Assembly (NCBI GenBank): GCA_951406725.2
Contig: OX597825.1
Location: 71,548,001 to 71,612,000 of the forward strand
Origin: Octopus vulgaris
Taxonomy: Eukaryota
Reading direction: 5' to 3'
Length of the DNA stretch: 64,000 bases
Positions 13,215-27,520 of the stretch are shown here, one piece after another (within the stretch, counting starts at the first letter, position 1; each line of letters begins with the position of its first letter). The position numbers and the translations under genes are program-made. Under the pieces are notes generated by a model. That model was not told where the DNA came from and searched no databases. It worked only from the letters and a program-made list of their open reading frames with translations.

Positions 13215-14134
13215 CCAGTTTTAAAATATTTTCATTGACTATTTTGCTTTTTTTATTATGCGAAGATGCTTTGTTTTGAACAACAGATTTCTTAGGTCCA
13301 TCAAATCTTTGAAATAAGTTTAATAGTGTTTATTATTGCTGTTCTTGGTATTGAATATAACTTCAAACTGTATCTGGTAGTGGGGCCCTGGTTTGGGAGA
13401 ACTAGGGTTTTGAGGAATGTGGAACCACCTCTTAGCCACTTTTGTTCCCAGGTCTGACCCAGATTAGTAGCATCCATCAGGGACCTCACTATAGATTAAT
13501 TAGCATGTTATGGAAGAAATGTCAACCACAAACCCTCATTATCTTGTGAGTGCCTTGGGAAAGGAAATGGCTAGGGGAGATAACCATGATAGCAAATCAA
13601 GGAGAGGAGTCTCTGAAGTAATCTGGTGCCCTCTGACACCTTTCCAGCTATCTAAGGTAGGTAGAGATATCTAGCTCTGTAAAGTAACCTAAAAGAAGGC
13701 TACTCCAATGTATAAAACCTACTGCTTACTGGTCACTTCACCCATCTTAGCATGCTGAGATACTATGGTCAGGCCTTCAAGTTTATAGAATGAGACTGAA
13801 TTTTGGGCACTAATTTTCACTTAAAAACTTACTTAGCATGGACAAGAAGAAAAGCCCTGCAGTGATGGAGAAAAGATGAAAATACCAAAAAAAAAAAAAA
13901 AAAAAAAAGACCCATTTCATGACCCCCAAGTGTACCAGAGCCTCTTGATCAAGGTTTGGTTTACATAACCACTTGAGGGCATGTCACTCTTCCTTATGTT
14001 CTTTGGATACAAAGAAACTGCAGTCAGCAACAGTGTAGAACTACATAGAAAAACATCAGCTGACAGAACAACTATCTTATATATATCTGTTGCCACTTCA
14101 ACATGATTGTTCTGTATGGTACAATAACAAACCA

Positions 14135-14288
14135 CTATTTTTCAACCCCAGGAGAACATCTCCAACTGGTTAACAACCAGCTCCCCTGCTGGCTCCCCTG
14201 GTTCCCTCCCCTACTTGCAATACATCAGACACAGATTGTCGTTAACCAGCCGGAGAAGACATTCTCCTGGAGTTAAAAAAATAATAGT
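14135..14288. mobile_element. Small palindromic MITE-like element
   Basis: ~40-bp imperfect inverted repeats tttttcaaccccaggagaa..ctggttaac / gttaaccag..ttctcctggagttaaaaaa. Confidence 0.6.
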
Positions 14289-15138
14289 AACATTGTTCCA
14301 TATGGAACAGCCTGTTGAGGTGGCAATGGACATTACTTTGCTTGTTAAGAACTAGCTACTTTGCTTATATTTTGCTGATTTCCATAAAAACCAGATTTGT
14401 TATAAAACTATCACATAAACAATAGAACCAAGCAACAAACTAACACAAGTATTCATGGTTAAATTAGTTACTAATTGGTGAAAAATGCATGGTGCCAACA
14501 GTTAAAACCATTTAAGACACCTATATATGCTCTCACACATGTGTATGTGCCTGTGTGTATGTAATGTCATGTGTGTGTAGTAATGTCATGCCAACCACCA
14601 CTGTCCTTGCCATAACATGAAGATAATTAAGGTAGTCAGGAAATGGATAAGGCAACTGAAGTAGTCACAGTGTACAATAGACTAATTAAGTGTAAAGTAG
14701 TTCTGAGACAACAGGGAAACAAGATTTATTGCTTTATTCATACCGTAAACAGGGCTGGCAAATGAGAAAACAAAATGACCATTTTCAGGAAGTACTTCTG
14801 CAAATAATCTTGATAACTATTAACAGAACCCTTGTTACCATGGCTGGTGTTTTTAACAGACATACTAGGCGACAGCATGATAGAGTCTACAGTATACATG
14901 GATATCATGAATATCTTTTATCTCTTACTTGTTTCAGTCACTGGACTGTGGCCATACTGCAGCATTGCCTTGAAGGGTTTTAGTTGAACAAATCAACCCT
15001 ACTACATATGGTAAGTAAGGTACTTGTTCTATCTCTTGGTCTCTTTCACCAAACCACTAAATTACAGGGACATTAATTAACAAACCAAAACTAGTTTTTA
15101 AATGGTAGTGAAGGACTCTCTCACACACACACACACAT

Positions 15139-16218
15139 CAGGTCATTAAGAATGAAATGTTTGATTTTAAACTGAAAGTTTATTTTACTTTATCTCAACA
15201 AAAAGCAATGCAGTTAATCAAAGTATGCCCATAAATTATCAACACAATTTTGACATTTTATTGGAAGTTTATTATTCTGGCAGCGAAGAATTGTGGAGAG
15301 CAAGAGGTGATGAAATCACGAAATGCTATTTTTGCATCTTCTTCAGATTTAAAATTTTTTCTTTGCAAAAAGTTGTCTAATGCCTGGAAAACATGATAGT
15401 CAGTTAGTGCAAGGTCTGGTAAGTATGGTGGATGACAGAGTACTTCAAGTTCAGTTCCTGTAACTTGAGTAGTATTCTTTTTGCAACATGTGGTCGAGCA
15501 TTGTCTTGCAAGAGAATTGGCCTATCTCTATGGACCAATCTCTATTGTTTAATTGCAAATTCACTCATCATTTCATTCAATTGGTTGATGTATACATCTG
15601 CTGTAATTGACCTACCAGGTCTCATGAAGTTGTAGTGAATGGCACCAGTGCTGGACCACCAAACAGATTCCATTAGCTTTTTATGGTGAATATTCTTTTT
15701 TGGATTGTGTTTTGGCACTTCGTCTCTATCCAACCACCATGCAGAATTTTGCTATTGTTGAAAAGAAACCAGTTTTCATCACACGTAACAATACAATGCA
15801 AAAATGGTTTGCTTTTATGCCATGCCAGTAAAGAACAGCAAATTTCAAGATGACATATCATTTAATGCTTGTTCAGTTTGTGTGGTACACACTTGTCCAG
15901 CTTCTTTACCTTGCTGATTTGTTTCAGATGGTCCAATACAATTGGAATCGAAACATCAAACCTTGCTGCTAACTCATGTGTAGTTTGAGATGTATCCACT
16001 TCCACTACAATTTCCAGCTCATCATTATCCACCTTGGCCTCAGATCTACCACAGGGCTGATTTTCAAGAGTAAAGTCGCCAGACCGGAACTTCTCAAACC
16101 ATCGACATACAGTGTGATCATTCACCACATCTTCACCAAACACCTCATGGATGTTTCAAGCTGTCTGAGATGCATTGGTTCCATGAGAGTACTCATATTC
16201 ATAAACAACATGAATTTT
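15139..16218 (-). mobile_element. Decayed mariner transposon
   Basis: Fragments FGEDVVNDHTVCRWFEKFRSGDF (HTH), CVPHKL (WVPHEL motif), IVTCDENW, HPPYLPDLALTD (YSPDLAP motif); multiple stops and frameshifts. Confidence 0.92.
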
Positions 16219-16403
16219 TGAGAGAGGGAGCTTAATCAGTAACACTGATCCCAGTATTGGGCTGGTCCTTTATTTTGTTGACCAGGGAAAAATGAAAGGC
16301 ATAGTCAACTTTTCAGAGATTTTGAAATCAGAGCATAAACTATTTGGAAAAATGTCACTAAGCATTTTGTACAACACATTAAAGATTCCACCACATGCTG
16401 CCT

Positions 16404-16444
<41 letters not shown>

Positions 16445-16499
16445 ATAATAATAATAATAATCATCATCATACTAATAATGATGATGATGAAGATGATTT

Positions 16500-16944
16500 C
16501 AAATTCTGGCACAAGGCCAGCAATTTTAGGAGAGGCGATAGGTAGATTGCATTCAACAGGCATTCAACTTATTTTATCAACCCCGAAAGGATGAAAGGCA
16601 AAGTTGACCTCAGTGGAATTTGAACTCAAAACATGAAGATGAAATGCTGCACAGCATTTCCGCTGGTGTGCTAGCCATTCTACTGGCTTGTTGCTTTAAC
16701 AACAACTACAATAATGATAATGGTTTCAAATTTTGCCACAAGGGCAGCAGTTTTGGGGAAGGGGATGAGTTGATTACTCTTATTTTTATCGACCCTGAAA
16801 GGATGAAAGGCAAGGTTGACGTCGGCGAAATTTGAACTCAGAATGTAGCGGCAGACGAAATACCGCCAAGCATTTCGCTTGGCATGCTAACGATTCTGCC
16901 AGCTCACCACCTTAGAGATGATGATGGTTATAATAATAATAATG

Positions 16945-17007
<63 letters not shown>

Positions 17008-17230
17008 CAAATAATGATAATAATAATGATTTCAAAATTTGGCACAAGGCCAGAAATTTTGGGTGGATAGGGTAAGTTGATTACATCAACCAGTGCTCAA
17101 CTGGTACCTATATTTATCGACCCAGAAAGGATGAAAGGCAAAGTCAACCATGACGGAATTTGGACTTGGAATGTAAAAATGGATGAAATACTGCTAAGCA
17201 TTTCGTTCAGGGTGCTTGAATCTGCCAGTG
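16500..17230 (-). mobile_element. Cluster of tRNA-derived SINE family B copies interleaved with (AAT)n
   Basis: Repeated gaaaggatgaaaggcaaagtcgacct..ggaatttgaactcagaa motif; the central part resembles the Meta/Sauria-type SINE domain. Confidence 0.75.
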
Positions 17231-19796
17231 CAACACTTTTTACAAATTTTGGCACCTTATGTATGCATGTATGTATATACATACATACATGCGGCTATGT
17301 GTATGTATAATTAACATTAAATTTATCCTGAACATTACATTTATTCATAAGTTTTAATAAAGTAAAAAGTAAAACAACTGATATATCACAAGTGTGCTGT
17401 CTTATATCAATGTTTACATTGTATTATAGAATATTTCTACAGACTTTTTACTCATGACTATGTACAGACAGATATAAGCATCTTGTCGTTTATTTCTTAC
17501 TTATTTCAGTCACTGGACTCCGGCTTTGCTGGGACACCACCTTGAAGGGCTAATCAAACAAATCAACACTGGTAGTTTTTTTCTGAAGTCTGGTACTTAT
17601 TTTATCAGTCTCATTTGCTGAACTGTTAATTTACAGGAACATAAACAAACCAACAATGGATATCGGGTGGTGGACACGAGGGGAAGGGGGACAAAAACAC
17701 AGACACAAAGGCACACACATGCATGCATGCTCACTTCAAAACAATTTCTTAAGCTATCTGTACAACAGTAATTTTTTGTCTGATCTCCACAAATAGAAGA
17801 AAAACAGAAATCTCAAGAAAACCGAGGCTCACTACCATATATTTTTAAAATTAATAACTCATATTAAAATATATATCAAATTCTTTTTGTCTTTCTCTAA
17901 AGTAATCTCACATTCACAAAAAGAAAAAAAAAAGAGTATAGGTGCCATACGCTAAAAATTAGATAGAAGAAAATTGGAACTTTTTTTTTGATTAAATGCA
18001 TTTGAAAAGGTCAATAATGAAAGAAAAAAAAAAGAACCAAATCTTGAAAGTTAATTTAAAATTTGAAGATTATTTTCTAAATAGAATTTTTCATTTTTTA
18101 CTATTTCACTTGTGAAGACATGCAGCCTAGTGGTTAGGGTGTTTGGCTCATGATCATAAGGCTGTGGGTTCAATTCCTGAACTAGGTGGCATGTTGTGTC
18201 CTTGAGCAAGGCACCTTACTTTACATTGCTGTAGTCTGCTAAGCTGTAATGTGTACCAACCAAGTGATGGCACAGACCTCTCTCTCTCTCCTTCTATCCC
18301 TCCCTCCAGCCATTACATCCTAGATGTTGTGTTGGGTCATGGGTAATAGGGGAGGGGACGAGAAGGCATCAATGTCTGTTGAAGCATGACTGTGAAGTTA
18401 AGAAGCATACTTTGCAACCACATGGTTTCAGGTTCAATCACATTGCATGGCACCATGGGCAAGTGTACTCTACTATAGATCTAGACTGACCAGTGCTTTG
18501 TGAGTGAATTTGCCAGGTAGAAACTGTGTGAGAGCCAATGATGTATATGGGTTGACCACCCCACAGACATGCATACCCTTAACGTAGTTTTTAGGGAGAT
18601 TCAACATGATACAGAATGTGGCAAGTCTGGCCATTTGAAATATAGATTCTGTTCGTTTTTGCCAGGTGAATGGACTGGAGCAATATGAAATAAAATGTCT
18701 TGCTTAAGGACACAACACACTGCTGAGAATCAAACTCACAACCTTACGATCATGAGCCAAATGCTCAAACTACTAAGCCATATGCCTTCACAAGGCTTTT
18801 TGTTTTTCTTATCTAGAAATTCACTGAAACATCAATACTAAACTACTTTAGAGAAGAACATTTTGCCATTTTCTTCATTTTTATATTCAATTCAAATTTT
18901 AACTTCTATTGAAATTTCCTTCAGCTACAAATTTTTTAATACAAGAAAATGTTTTTTTTTTTTTGTTTTTTTTTGTAGATTTCCTCCTGTTTTGGAGGTT
19001 AAAGAAACTATTTCAATTTTATTTTCGCTTAAAGATAATAATCTCAGTTCTATTTTTATCAATTTGACAATTCAGATATTCAGGTAAGACAAAAAAAAAA
19101 TTGGAATTCCCATGTTTTAGATTTGAACTAATCACTGAATAGTTAACAATCCTATAACCACTCTGCCGACCTTGTAGTTATTGTACATTGGAATTAAATG
19201 TAATAATTAAAAAAAATAAAATGATCAATATTTCAATGACAAAAAAAAAAAATTAGAAGAAAAAAAAATTGATATTGTAACCTTTAAATGAAAACTTCAT
19301 TTCATTTATAAAACAACGGAGAAAAGAAAATTGGTAGAACAGGGTATTAAATGGGGAATATACACACACACACACACACATGTAACGTATAACGCAAAAT
19401 ACAGTCAAAAGAAAAAACAGCAAAAGGAGAAATGCAGGGAAAGGGAGTAAAAAAAAAAAAAATAAAAATAAAAAATAAAAAAACAAAACAAAAAGGAAAT
19501 GAACTTATAAAACCAAAAACTCTACACAAAAGAACAGGTAAAAATCATTAAGGCATTTAATTAAAACCTAAAATACTGTCTTCGCCTTGGATTGTTGCAG
19601 TTAATGTAGTATCATGCTTGACTGTCAAAAATATTAATGTCATGTTAATAGTAGTAGTAACAGCAGTACTAATAGTGAGGTTATGACTGTTATTATTATT
19701 ATTATTATGATTGTTGTTGTTATTAGATAATGAGCCATCAGAATTGTTTGAATGTCAGACAAAATGCCTTTTGGTAATTGTTCTGCCTCCATCAGG

Positions 19797-20275
19797 TAGT
19801 TGCCATATTCTGAACACCTTACTTCCCTGGGCATGGATACATTGAAACTCCGACGTCTGGCAGCTGACTTGGCAGACACCCATAAAATTATTAACCATTT
19901 TACAAGCAATAACTCTCAGCACCTTTTCAAACTCCATCTATCTAACACCCATGGACATATTTACAAAGTCAGAAAACAGCACAGCTCCCATGACTTTCGG
20001 AAACATTTTTTGACGCTAAGAGTTGCTGAAGCATGGAACAAACTGCCAGCATCAGTTGTTAGTTGTCAGAGCACTGCATCCTTCAAAACTTCCATGCTTT
20101 CTGAGATTCGCCAACACTACACCTGATTTTCTCCCCTCCATACACACGCAAGCATGTATCTGACTCATACACTGTTCACTTTCCAGACATTTGTACATTA
20201 CTGCATATGCTTTATATGCACTTTTGACAAGTTGTGGTGCACCTGAGCACTGTATACAATAATTTCATTATCATA
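19797..20275 (+). mobile_element. CR1/L2-group LINE 3' end
   Basis: PYSEHLTSLGMDTLKLRRLAADL...GHIYKV...FRKHFLTLRVAEAWNKLP: typical CR1 ORF2 C-terminus, followed by a 3'UTR and (att)-like tail. Confidence 0.85.
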
Positions 20276-20939
20276 TTATTTTTTATATTCTGGCCGTTCA
20301 TCACCAGAATTGATAGAATAAGATACCAGACAAGCACTAGGGATATTGGGGCTGATGGGGTCAATTTATCTGCTCCTCTCAAAATTGCTGGTGTTGTGCC
20401 AAAATTAGAAAGGGTTATTTTTATTATAATTATCAGAATTACTGTTATCAAGGCAGTGAACTTACAGAATCATTAGCATGCTGGACAAAATGTTTTGTGG
20501 CATCTCTTCCAGCTTTACATTCTAAGTTCAAATTCTGCCATGGTCAATTTTGCCTTTCATCCTTTGAGGGTCAAGGAAATGAATATCAGTTGAGCAATAG
20601 GGTCAATGTAATTGCCTAACCTCCTCTCTCCAAATTTCAGGTCTACTACCTATAGTAAAATGTATTAATATTATTATTATTATTTCCTTTCTTGGAAATG
20701 TATTTTTATCCAATTTTTTACTAGTTTATTTGTCTTTTGTTTTTTCACCTTGTGCTGTACTGAATACTTGATGTGGTTTTAGAATCGGGTTTTGACAGCT
20801 ATTTCAAGCATGGTGGTATCTCTTAGATACCCTTATTTATCATTTTAATAATTATTATAACCTATAAGGGTTTTTCTTTCCATGCTGCCACTAGATTTGA
20901 TCGCAATTTAAAATAACAATCTTATCCTTATTTATATAG

Positions 20940-20984
<45 letters not shown>

Positions 20985-21548
20985 TCATCATCGTTTAACA
21001 TCCGTTCTCCATATACACACACACACACACACATATACACCTAGAGACAAATTACAGACAATAATTTTGAGTCTGGATGCATTTTATGTATTATGATGTC
21101 TTACACAAGCTAATACTTGTTATATTATAGAAGTTTCAACTTAACAATATAGTTTTTCTTAATTTCTATTTTATTCTATTTTATTTATTTATCATTATTT
21201 ATTTAGTTATTCCTGTCTATTAATTTCAAACATAATGTTCAAGAAGTAGGCACCATTTTTATAGTTCTGAAACATCAGAGAGCTTGATACTTCTCAACAG
21301 TCATTAGTTCTTTGATCCTAATCCTGCTACCATTCGCAATTATTTATTTTAAAACATTTTTCTTCTTTCATTACAACAATATTTGATCTCCTAATTGCCT
21401 TGAATGCTGAAATCCAACACGATTTTGAGGCTTTTCAATTCAATTACACTATACAGCTAGATTTAAATCACATGGGTATCTTGCTTCAATTTTCAATGGA
21501 CAATTTATGAAAAAAAAAAAAAAACCATTGAATATTTTTCAGTATTCT

Positions 21549-21767
21549 TTAACCCTTCTGTTACCAACCCGACTGAAACTGGCTCTGGCTACAAATGCCT
21601 TGTTTTCATAGGCTTTGAGTTAAAATCTTCCACCAAACCTTAATCAGAATTTATGTCCCTAACACTAGTTTAATGATAACTAAGTTATTTTACTAATTTT
21701 TTTGTTATATTTCAAGTAATTGAAAGAAACAGAGTATCTCAAGGTAAATACAGTAAAGAAGGGCTAA
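21549..21767. mobile_element. TTAA-flanked piggyBac-like MITE
   Basis: ttaacccttctgttac...gtaaagaagggctaa; homologous to 36648-36846. Confidence 0.65.
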
Positions 21768-23016
21768 AAACAAGTTTACATTTACTTTTTAAAAGATACT
21801 CTTCCCCCTTCTATGTTTATAGTTATTTGCTTACTTAAGCCTCTGCTCCCATTGGAGCATAGACCATTGATGATTTTTCTCCATTGTGATTTTAAATATG
21901 CTTTATTTTTTTGAGGTAGGGGTGTTGGGCCTATGCAAACCATTTTTTTTTTTACCTCTGGGATATCTTGTAGGGCCATTGAAACACACAAGCCACCACA
22001 CAGCAGTAAGGATTGGGATTCTATGTATATAGTGGTTGACCTTAAATCAATATAGAACTGATGGAATTAGTGTTTATATCTATGTTTTCATGTCAAGATT
22101 TAAGTTTAATTTCCTTCCTCATAACCTTAAAACTACAAATGCATTTTCTTTTGTTTCCAAGTTCTATGCCCATCCTTAATACTTTTGATATCAACCTGCC
22201 TGAGACTGCCCCTAGCTCTTTGATATGAACTCCCAGTTTTAAAGTGATCTAAATTTAAATAGTCCATCTCAATTTTGATATGGATTTATGTTGCAAATAC
22301 TAAAATTATGTTACTAAATTCTTCATTATTTTGAAAATTAACTGGAAGAAAGGTAGAATGTTTCAATAGAAATATGGTAACAAAAGATTTAAACTATTTC
22401 CTTTTCAATTGTTCAATCAAAATCATTCTAGCCACCTGTGAAATGAAACCATATAATGTAAGAACTACTGTGAAATTGATGTTTTTCAAGCATTAGTTAC
22501 ACACTAGGCCTTATATGGAATGGCTTCAACTCACAGATGGCACCATGTCTCTTCAATTACACTGCTTTAATGCTTTTAGGAAATATTTCAATGTGAAAAT
22601 ATCTCATGATTTATCTTCTGAAATATGGGGTCTTTGTGCACAGCAAAAAGAAGTCAATGTTTGTATTTCTTTTTATTGAAATTAAGATTAGAAGTATATA
22701 AGTATAAACACTATTGCTTGGAAATCTCAAAAATTTAGTCAGTCCTGATTCAGGACTAATTTGTGGTATGTAGGTACTCAGGTGAATGACAATGAATAAT
22801 TCACAGATCCACAGCTTCAGATGTACTATACTTCTGCATGGTTGAAGACCATTCTACACTCTGATATACAAAGGTTTTATCAGGCTTTGTCCTGGTCTTT
22901 AAATTAGTTTGATTTTTGTATACCTGTAAGGGTTTGGCTGTGATCACAGCAGACACAGGTAAAGTGGACTAGGTTAGAAATTGTCCAGTAATTACTTCTC
23001 TATCATTATTATTGTG

Positions 23017-23495
23017 AGTAGATGGCTTCCAGAGGAGAAGAGTAGAAATTGCCTCGTTTTCAACTCTACAACAACTGGACTCTCCTACCTTTCATAAGAG
23101 ATGACACAGGTGGTAGTTTCCCATATATTTGCATTTTGGTTGGATGACGCTTCCACGAGAGATTTTGAGCTCTCATAAGGAGGCGAGTGTAGATTCCATC
23201 CAACCGCCTCTCAAGCTTCTTTGATAACGTCTAGGTTTCTGAGCCATATAGTAGAATTGGTTCGACTGTGGCTTTGAAGATTTCAAGTTTGAAGTCTCTA
23301 CCTAGATTTGATGACCAGATCTGGAAGCCATCTACTTGCAATACCAGAGGGCGCACACTCTCCTACCCTGATGTAATCTCCAGGGATACAGGCATCCAGC
23401 AACAGGACCTCCGTAATGCTATGATGGACCGTGAAGTCTGGCGTAGCATGGTAAATTCCATTGTCTCGACCACAGTCGAACAATGATGATGATGA
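23017..23495. mobile_element. RTE LINE 3' fragment with 5' inversion
   Basis: Minus segment 23017-23320 encodes IFKATVEPILLYGSET*TL...LLLWKPST; plus segment 23321-23495 continues WKPST...DREVWRSMV and ends in a (tga)n tail. Confidence 0.85.
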
Positions 23496-26379
23496 TTATT
23501 GTAAGGATCCCAGCAGAATATTTATTGTGTGTAGTTTATATTACTCTGGCTTGATTGGCATAATGTCGCTAGGATAGTATTGCAGCAGAATTCTAATGTG
23601 GTGTAACAGTATTTTGCAGTGTTACAGTAGTGTCTTGCAGGGTTCTAGGCGCAGTTAATTCCTTGGAAGTGATTATTTATGTAATAAACGGGACTGGAGT
23701 TTATTGCAGCAACAAACAGTCATCTTCCCTAATTAGCCAAATTGAAAGGCCTGGTCATCCTTTCAATTTCATGTCAGTGACCAATGAGTATAATTTGTGT
23801 TAGACTGTGATGATATAAGATGCACTGTTTCCTTTTTCTTTCTCCAGTGTGTTGTAGATTTATTGGAGATCAAGTCAAGACTGGACTGGCATAATCCATG
23901 ATGTATGTCTATTACACAGCTGCTTCCAATTATTGCTGCTATGAAATATCAGCTGACGAAATCTCTAAATTACTTTAATATTCATAGGAAGTGTGGGGTG
24001 TGGTGTTATATGGTGGTAGATAATTTAGTTATTATGAGAACTAGAAGATGGTGGTAGGTGGGGGTATCTTTGAGTTTGCATTTGCCACAATCCAGACATC
24101 AATAATTTATTCCATAATTCCTCTCACTGAGGTATATTCTTTTTTAATACCAAAATATGAAGGCAACACTGGAAGTGTGTGGTACAAAGTGCAGGGATAA
24201 TACTTACTGCATCTATTTTGCAAATATTTATTTTGTTTGCATATCATATATGACCAAAGATTCAGTTTGGTGATTACAATCACAGAGCAGACAAGCCAAG
24301 AGTATTCTTAATATATGTGTTGAAGGTTTACTGGAGGTTCCTGACAAACCATCACAGAATGACAACATGTGCAAACACTGACTGAATGCAGAGTCAATCT
24401 ATAACTTTAGTTTCTGTAGCATAAAGTAGATGAAACAAATCTTCCTCTAATCAGGAGGCTAGCCTGTTGCTAGAAATTTTTCCTTGAAAGACAAAGGTAT
24501 ATTCCTTAGCTAAGTCACATGATGCAATCTAGAATTATGTATCTTGTAAGCTATATTTACATGTAAAAGTAGTTAAAAAGCAAAAACAAAGGAAAGTGAC
24601 ACTGAATTTCTTAAAGAAGTAAAAAAAAATTAACATGTATGTCACAATGTAAAAATTGAAGGCAACACACAGGCAGATTATGAATGAACAAAACTGTGCA
24701 TTGAACAGTAAGAAATACTGAGAAATAAATAAATAATATATATATATATATATGTGTGCCAGCCTCGTCTGGCACCTGTGTCGGTGGCACATAAAATCAC
24801 CCACTACACTCTCGGAGTGGTTGGCGTTAGGAAGGGCATCCAGCTGTAGAAACACTGCCAGATCTGACTGGCCTGGTGCAGCCTTCGGGCTTGCCAGACC
24901 CCAGTTGAACCGTCCAACCCATGCTAGCATGGAAAGCGGACGTTAAACGATGATGATGATGATTGATGATGTGTATATATATATGTGTGTATATATATAT
25001 ATGTGTGTGTGTATGTATATATATTCAACAAAATAGCAAAATAAAAGCAACAAAAAAAAGAAAAACAACAGCAATAAAAAAAAATTTAAACAGACATTCG
25101 AGAAAATGGTTGGAACCAGAGGAAAAATAAACATGCAAAAGCCACAATAAAGAATACGCATCTAAATCTCAACATCAAATAGTAATCATAAAGTGTTATT
25201 GAACAGAATATTGGCACTGTGTGGAGGCAAAGCAAATTCAAACGTAGAGCAAAGAAAACAGTTCAACCATTCTGAGTAAACATATTGGTAAAAATATTCT
25301 TCAATATTGTTGTAGATCAATAACTATAACATAGAACTATAATATGGCTGACAGCTGATACTTTTCCACTGGCCACTCGAAAAGTCAGTCTCCAATTCTT
25401 TAGTTAGAGCCAGATATCCATTGTTGTGCCACAATCTTATGCTAGATACTATTTGGGTTTTGATAGCTCTAGGACATAAGCATTAACAAAAGAAACCGGC
25501 CTTAATCAATAAGCTTGGCCCATCTTTTGCAAAGATTTTAGAAGGAGGTTTAGGAACCAAAATTCCTCCTTAGATGAGCAAACAATGAAATAAAACCTAC
25601 ACCATATTATACTTTTGTTCTGATGTGAAAAGGGAAAATATAAAATTTATAGTATGAAATAAAAGTGAAGCATCACTCTAAAGAACTGCAAACATCACTT
25701 CAAGCAAGTTTGAATTTTCTTTTTAACCCTTCAGTATTCAGATTTATTTATCAAACGTAAGAAACCCTTATTTATTCCCATTGTTTTAAATTTATCAATC
25801 ATTATCTAATAGCTTCAAGACTTTGATGATGTGATTGTGTATTTTTAGAATGACATTGTAGGGTAGGTGAGAGAAGCCAGATGTGGCTGGCCTGAACATA
25901 AAACAGGTAGAATATCTGGGCTGGATATGGCTAGTTTAAAAATACTAAATGTTAATCTAACTAAAAGGGAAGCACTGTCTTTATTGGCGGCAAGTCTTCT
26001 CAGATGGGTGAAGCTGATGTGATAAATAGTAAACAAGGACTTCAGAGAATTTCGTGAACAGAAAGTGAGCTCCAAAAGATTGAAAATCTGAGAAAGAAGA
26101 ACTAGGAGAAATGTACAGAAAGAGAGAAACACAAAAGGGATGAAGAATGGAAGTAAGGGATGTATGTTGATTTTAACTAGGTGCAGGTATGGCTGTGTGG
26201 TCAAGAAGCTTGCTTCCAAGCCATTTGGTCTTGGTCTTGGGTTCAGTCCCACTGTGTAGCATGCTGGTCAAGTGTCTTTTATAGAGCACTGGGCTGACAA
26301 AAGCCTTGTAAGAAGACTTGGTAGATAGAAACTGAAAGAAGCCTGTTGTATGTATACATCTCTTTTTCTTTTTTTTTTC

Positions 26380-26725
26380 TCTTTTTTACTTGTTTCAGTC
26401 ATTTTGACTGCGGCCATGCTGGAGCACCACCTTTAATCGAGCAACTCGACCCCGGGACTTATTCTTTGTAAGCCCAGTACTTATTCTATCGGTCTCTTTT
26501 GCCAAACCACTAAGTGACGGGGTCATAAACACACCAGCATCGGTTGTCAAGCAATGCTAGGGGGACAAACACAGACACACAAACATACACGCACACACAT
26601 ATACATATATATATATACGACGAGCTTCTTTCAGTTTCCGTCTACCAAATCTACTCACAAGGCGTTGGTCGGCCCGAGGCTATAGTAGAAGACACTTGCC
26701 CAAGGTGCCACACAGTGGGACTGAC
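26380..26725 (-). mobile_element. SINE family A, 5'-truncated
   Basis: Family consensus match. Confidence 0.85.
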
Positions 26726-27059
26726 CCGCGTGCAAGCACACGTGTATACCTTGTCTTGACATCACATGATGCTTGTAAAGAAGCACGATGTTCATTTCCA
26801 GTCTTCCCTGAAAAATACGTCTGACCATTGGTGATATTACTTTGTTTAAAAACAAGTAAGTGTTGGTCACAAAAAGGGCATCTGGCCATAGAAAATATAC
26901 CTCAGCAAATTCTGTCTGACCCATGCATAGAAAATATAGAGACAAAAGTGAGACTGTGACAACGTGTGAAGGGCATAAGTATTGTAAGTGTGGTTAAATG
27001 GTTACAACCTGCAATCTACAGCTGGATTACAGATTTACTTAATCACTATCAACTACTCC

Positions 27060-27243
27060 AGGTGCAGGAGTGACTGTGTGGTAAGTAGCTTGTTTACCAA
27101 CCACATGGTTCCGGGTTCGGTCCCACTGCGTGGCACCTTGGGCAAGTGTCTTCTACTATAGCCTCGGGCCGACCAAAGCCGTGTGAGTGGATTTGGTAGG
27201 CGGAAACTGAAAAGAAGCCCATCGTATATATGTATATGTATAT

Positions 27244-27298
<55 letters not shown>

Positions 27299-27520
27299 TG
27301 TGTGTGTTTGTGTGTCTGTGTTTGTCCCCCTAGCATTGCTTGACAATCGATGCTGGTGTGTTTATGTTCCCGCTACTTAGCGGTTTGGCAAAAGAGACCG
27401 ATAGAATAAGTACTGGGCTTACAAAAGAATAAGTCCCGGGGTCGAGTTGCTCGATTAAAGGCGGTGCTCCAGTATGGCCACAGTCAAATGACTGAAACAA
27501 GTAAAAGAGAGTAAAGAGTA
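27060..27520 (+). mobile_element. SINE family A, full length
   Basis: tRNA head, core, (TA)n, and (aagagta)n-like tail. Confidence 0.88.

Noticed and set aside
20785-20850. Possible third hammerhead (minus strand GAAAT-agct-GTC with a ggtatct/agatacc hairpin)
   Set aside because: No recognisable CUGANGA box or stem I partner; at best a decayed remnant.
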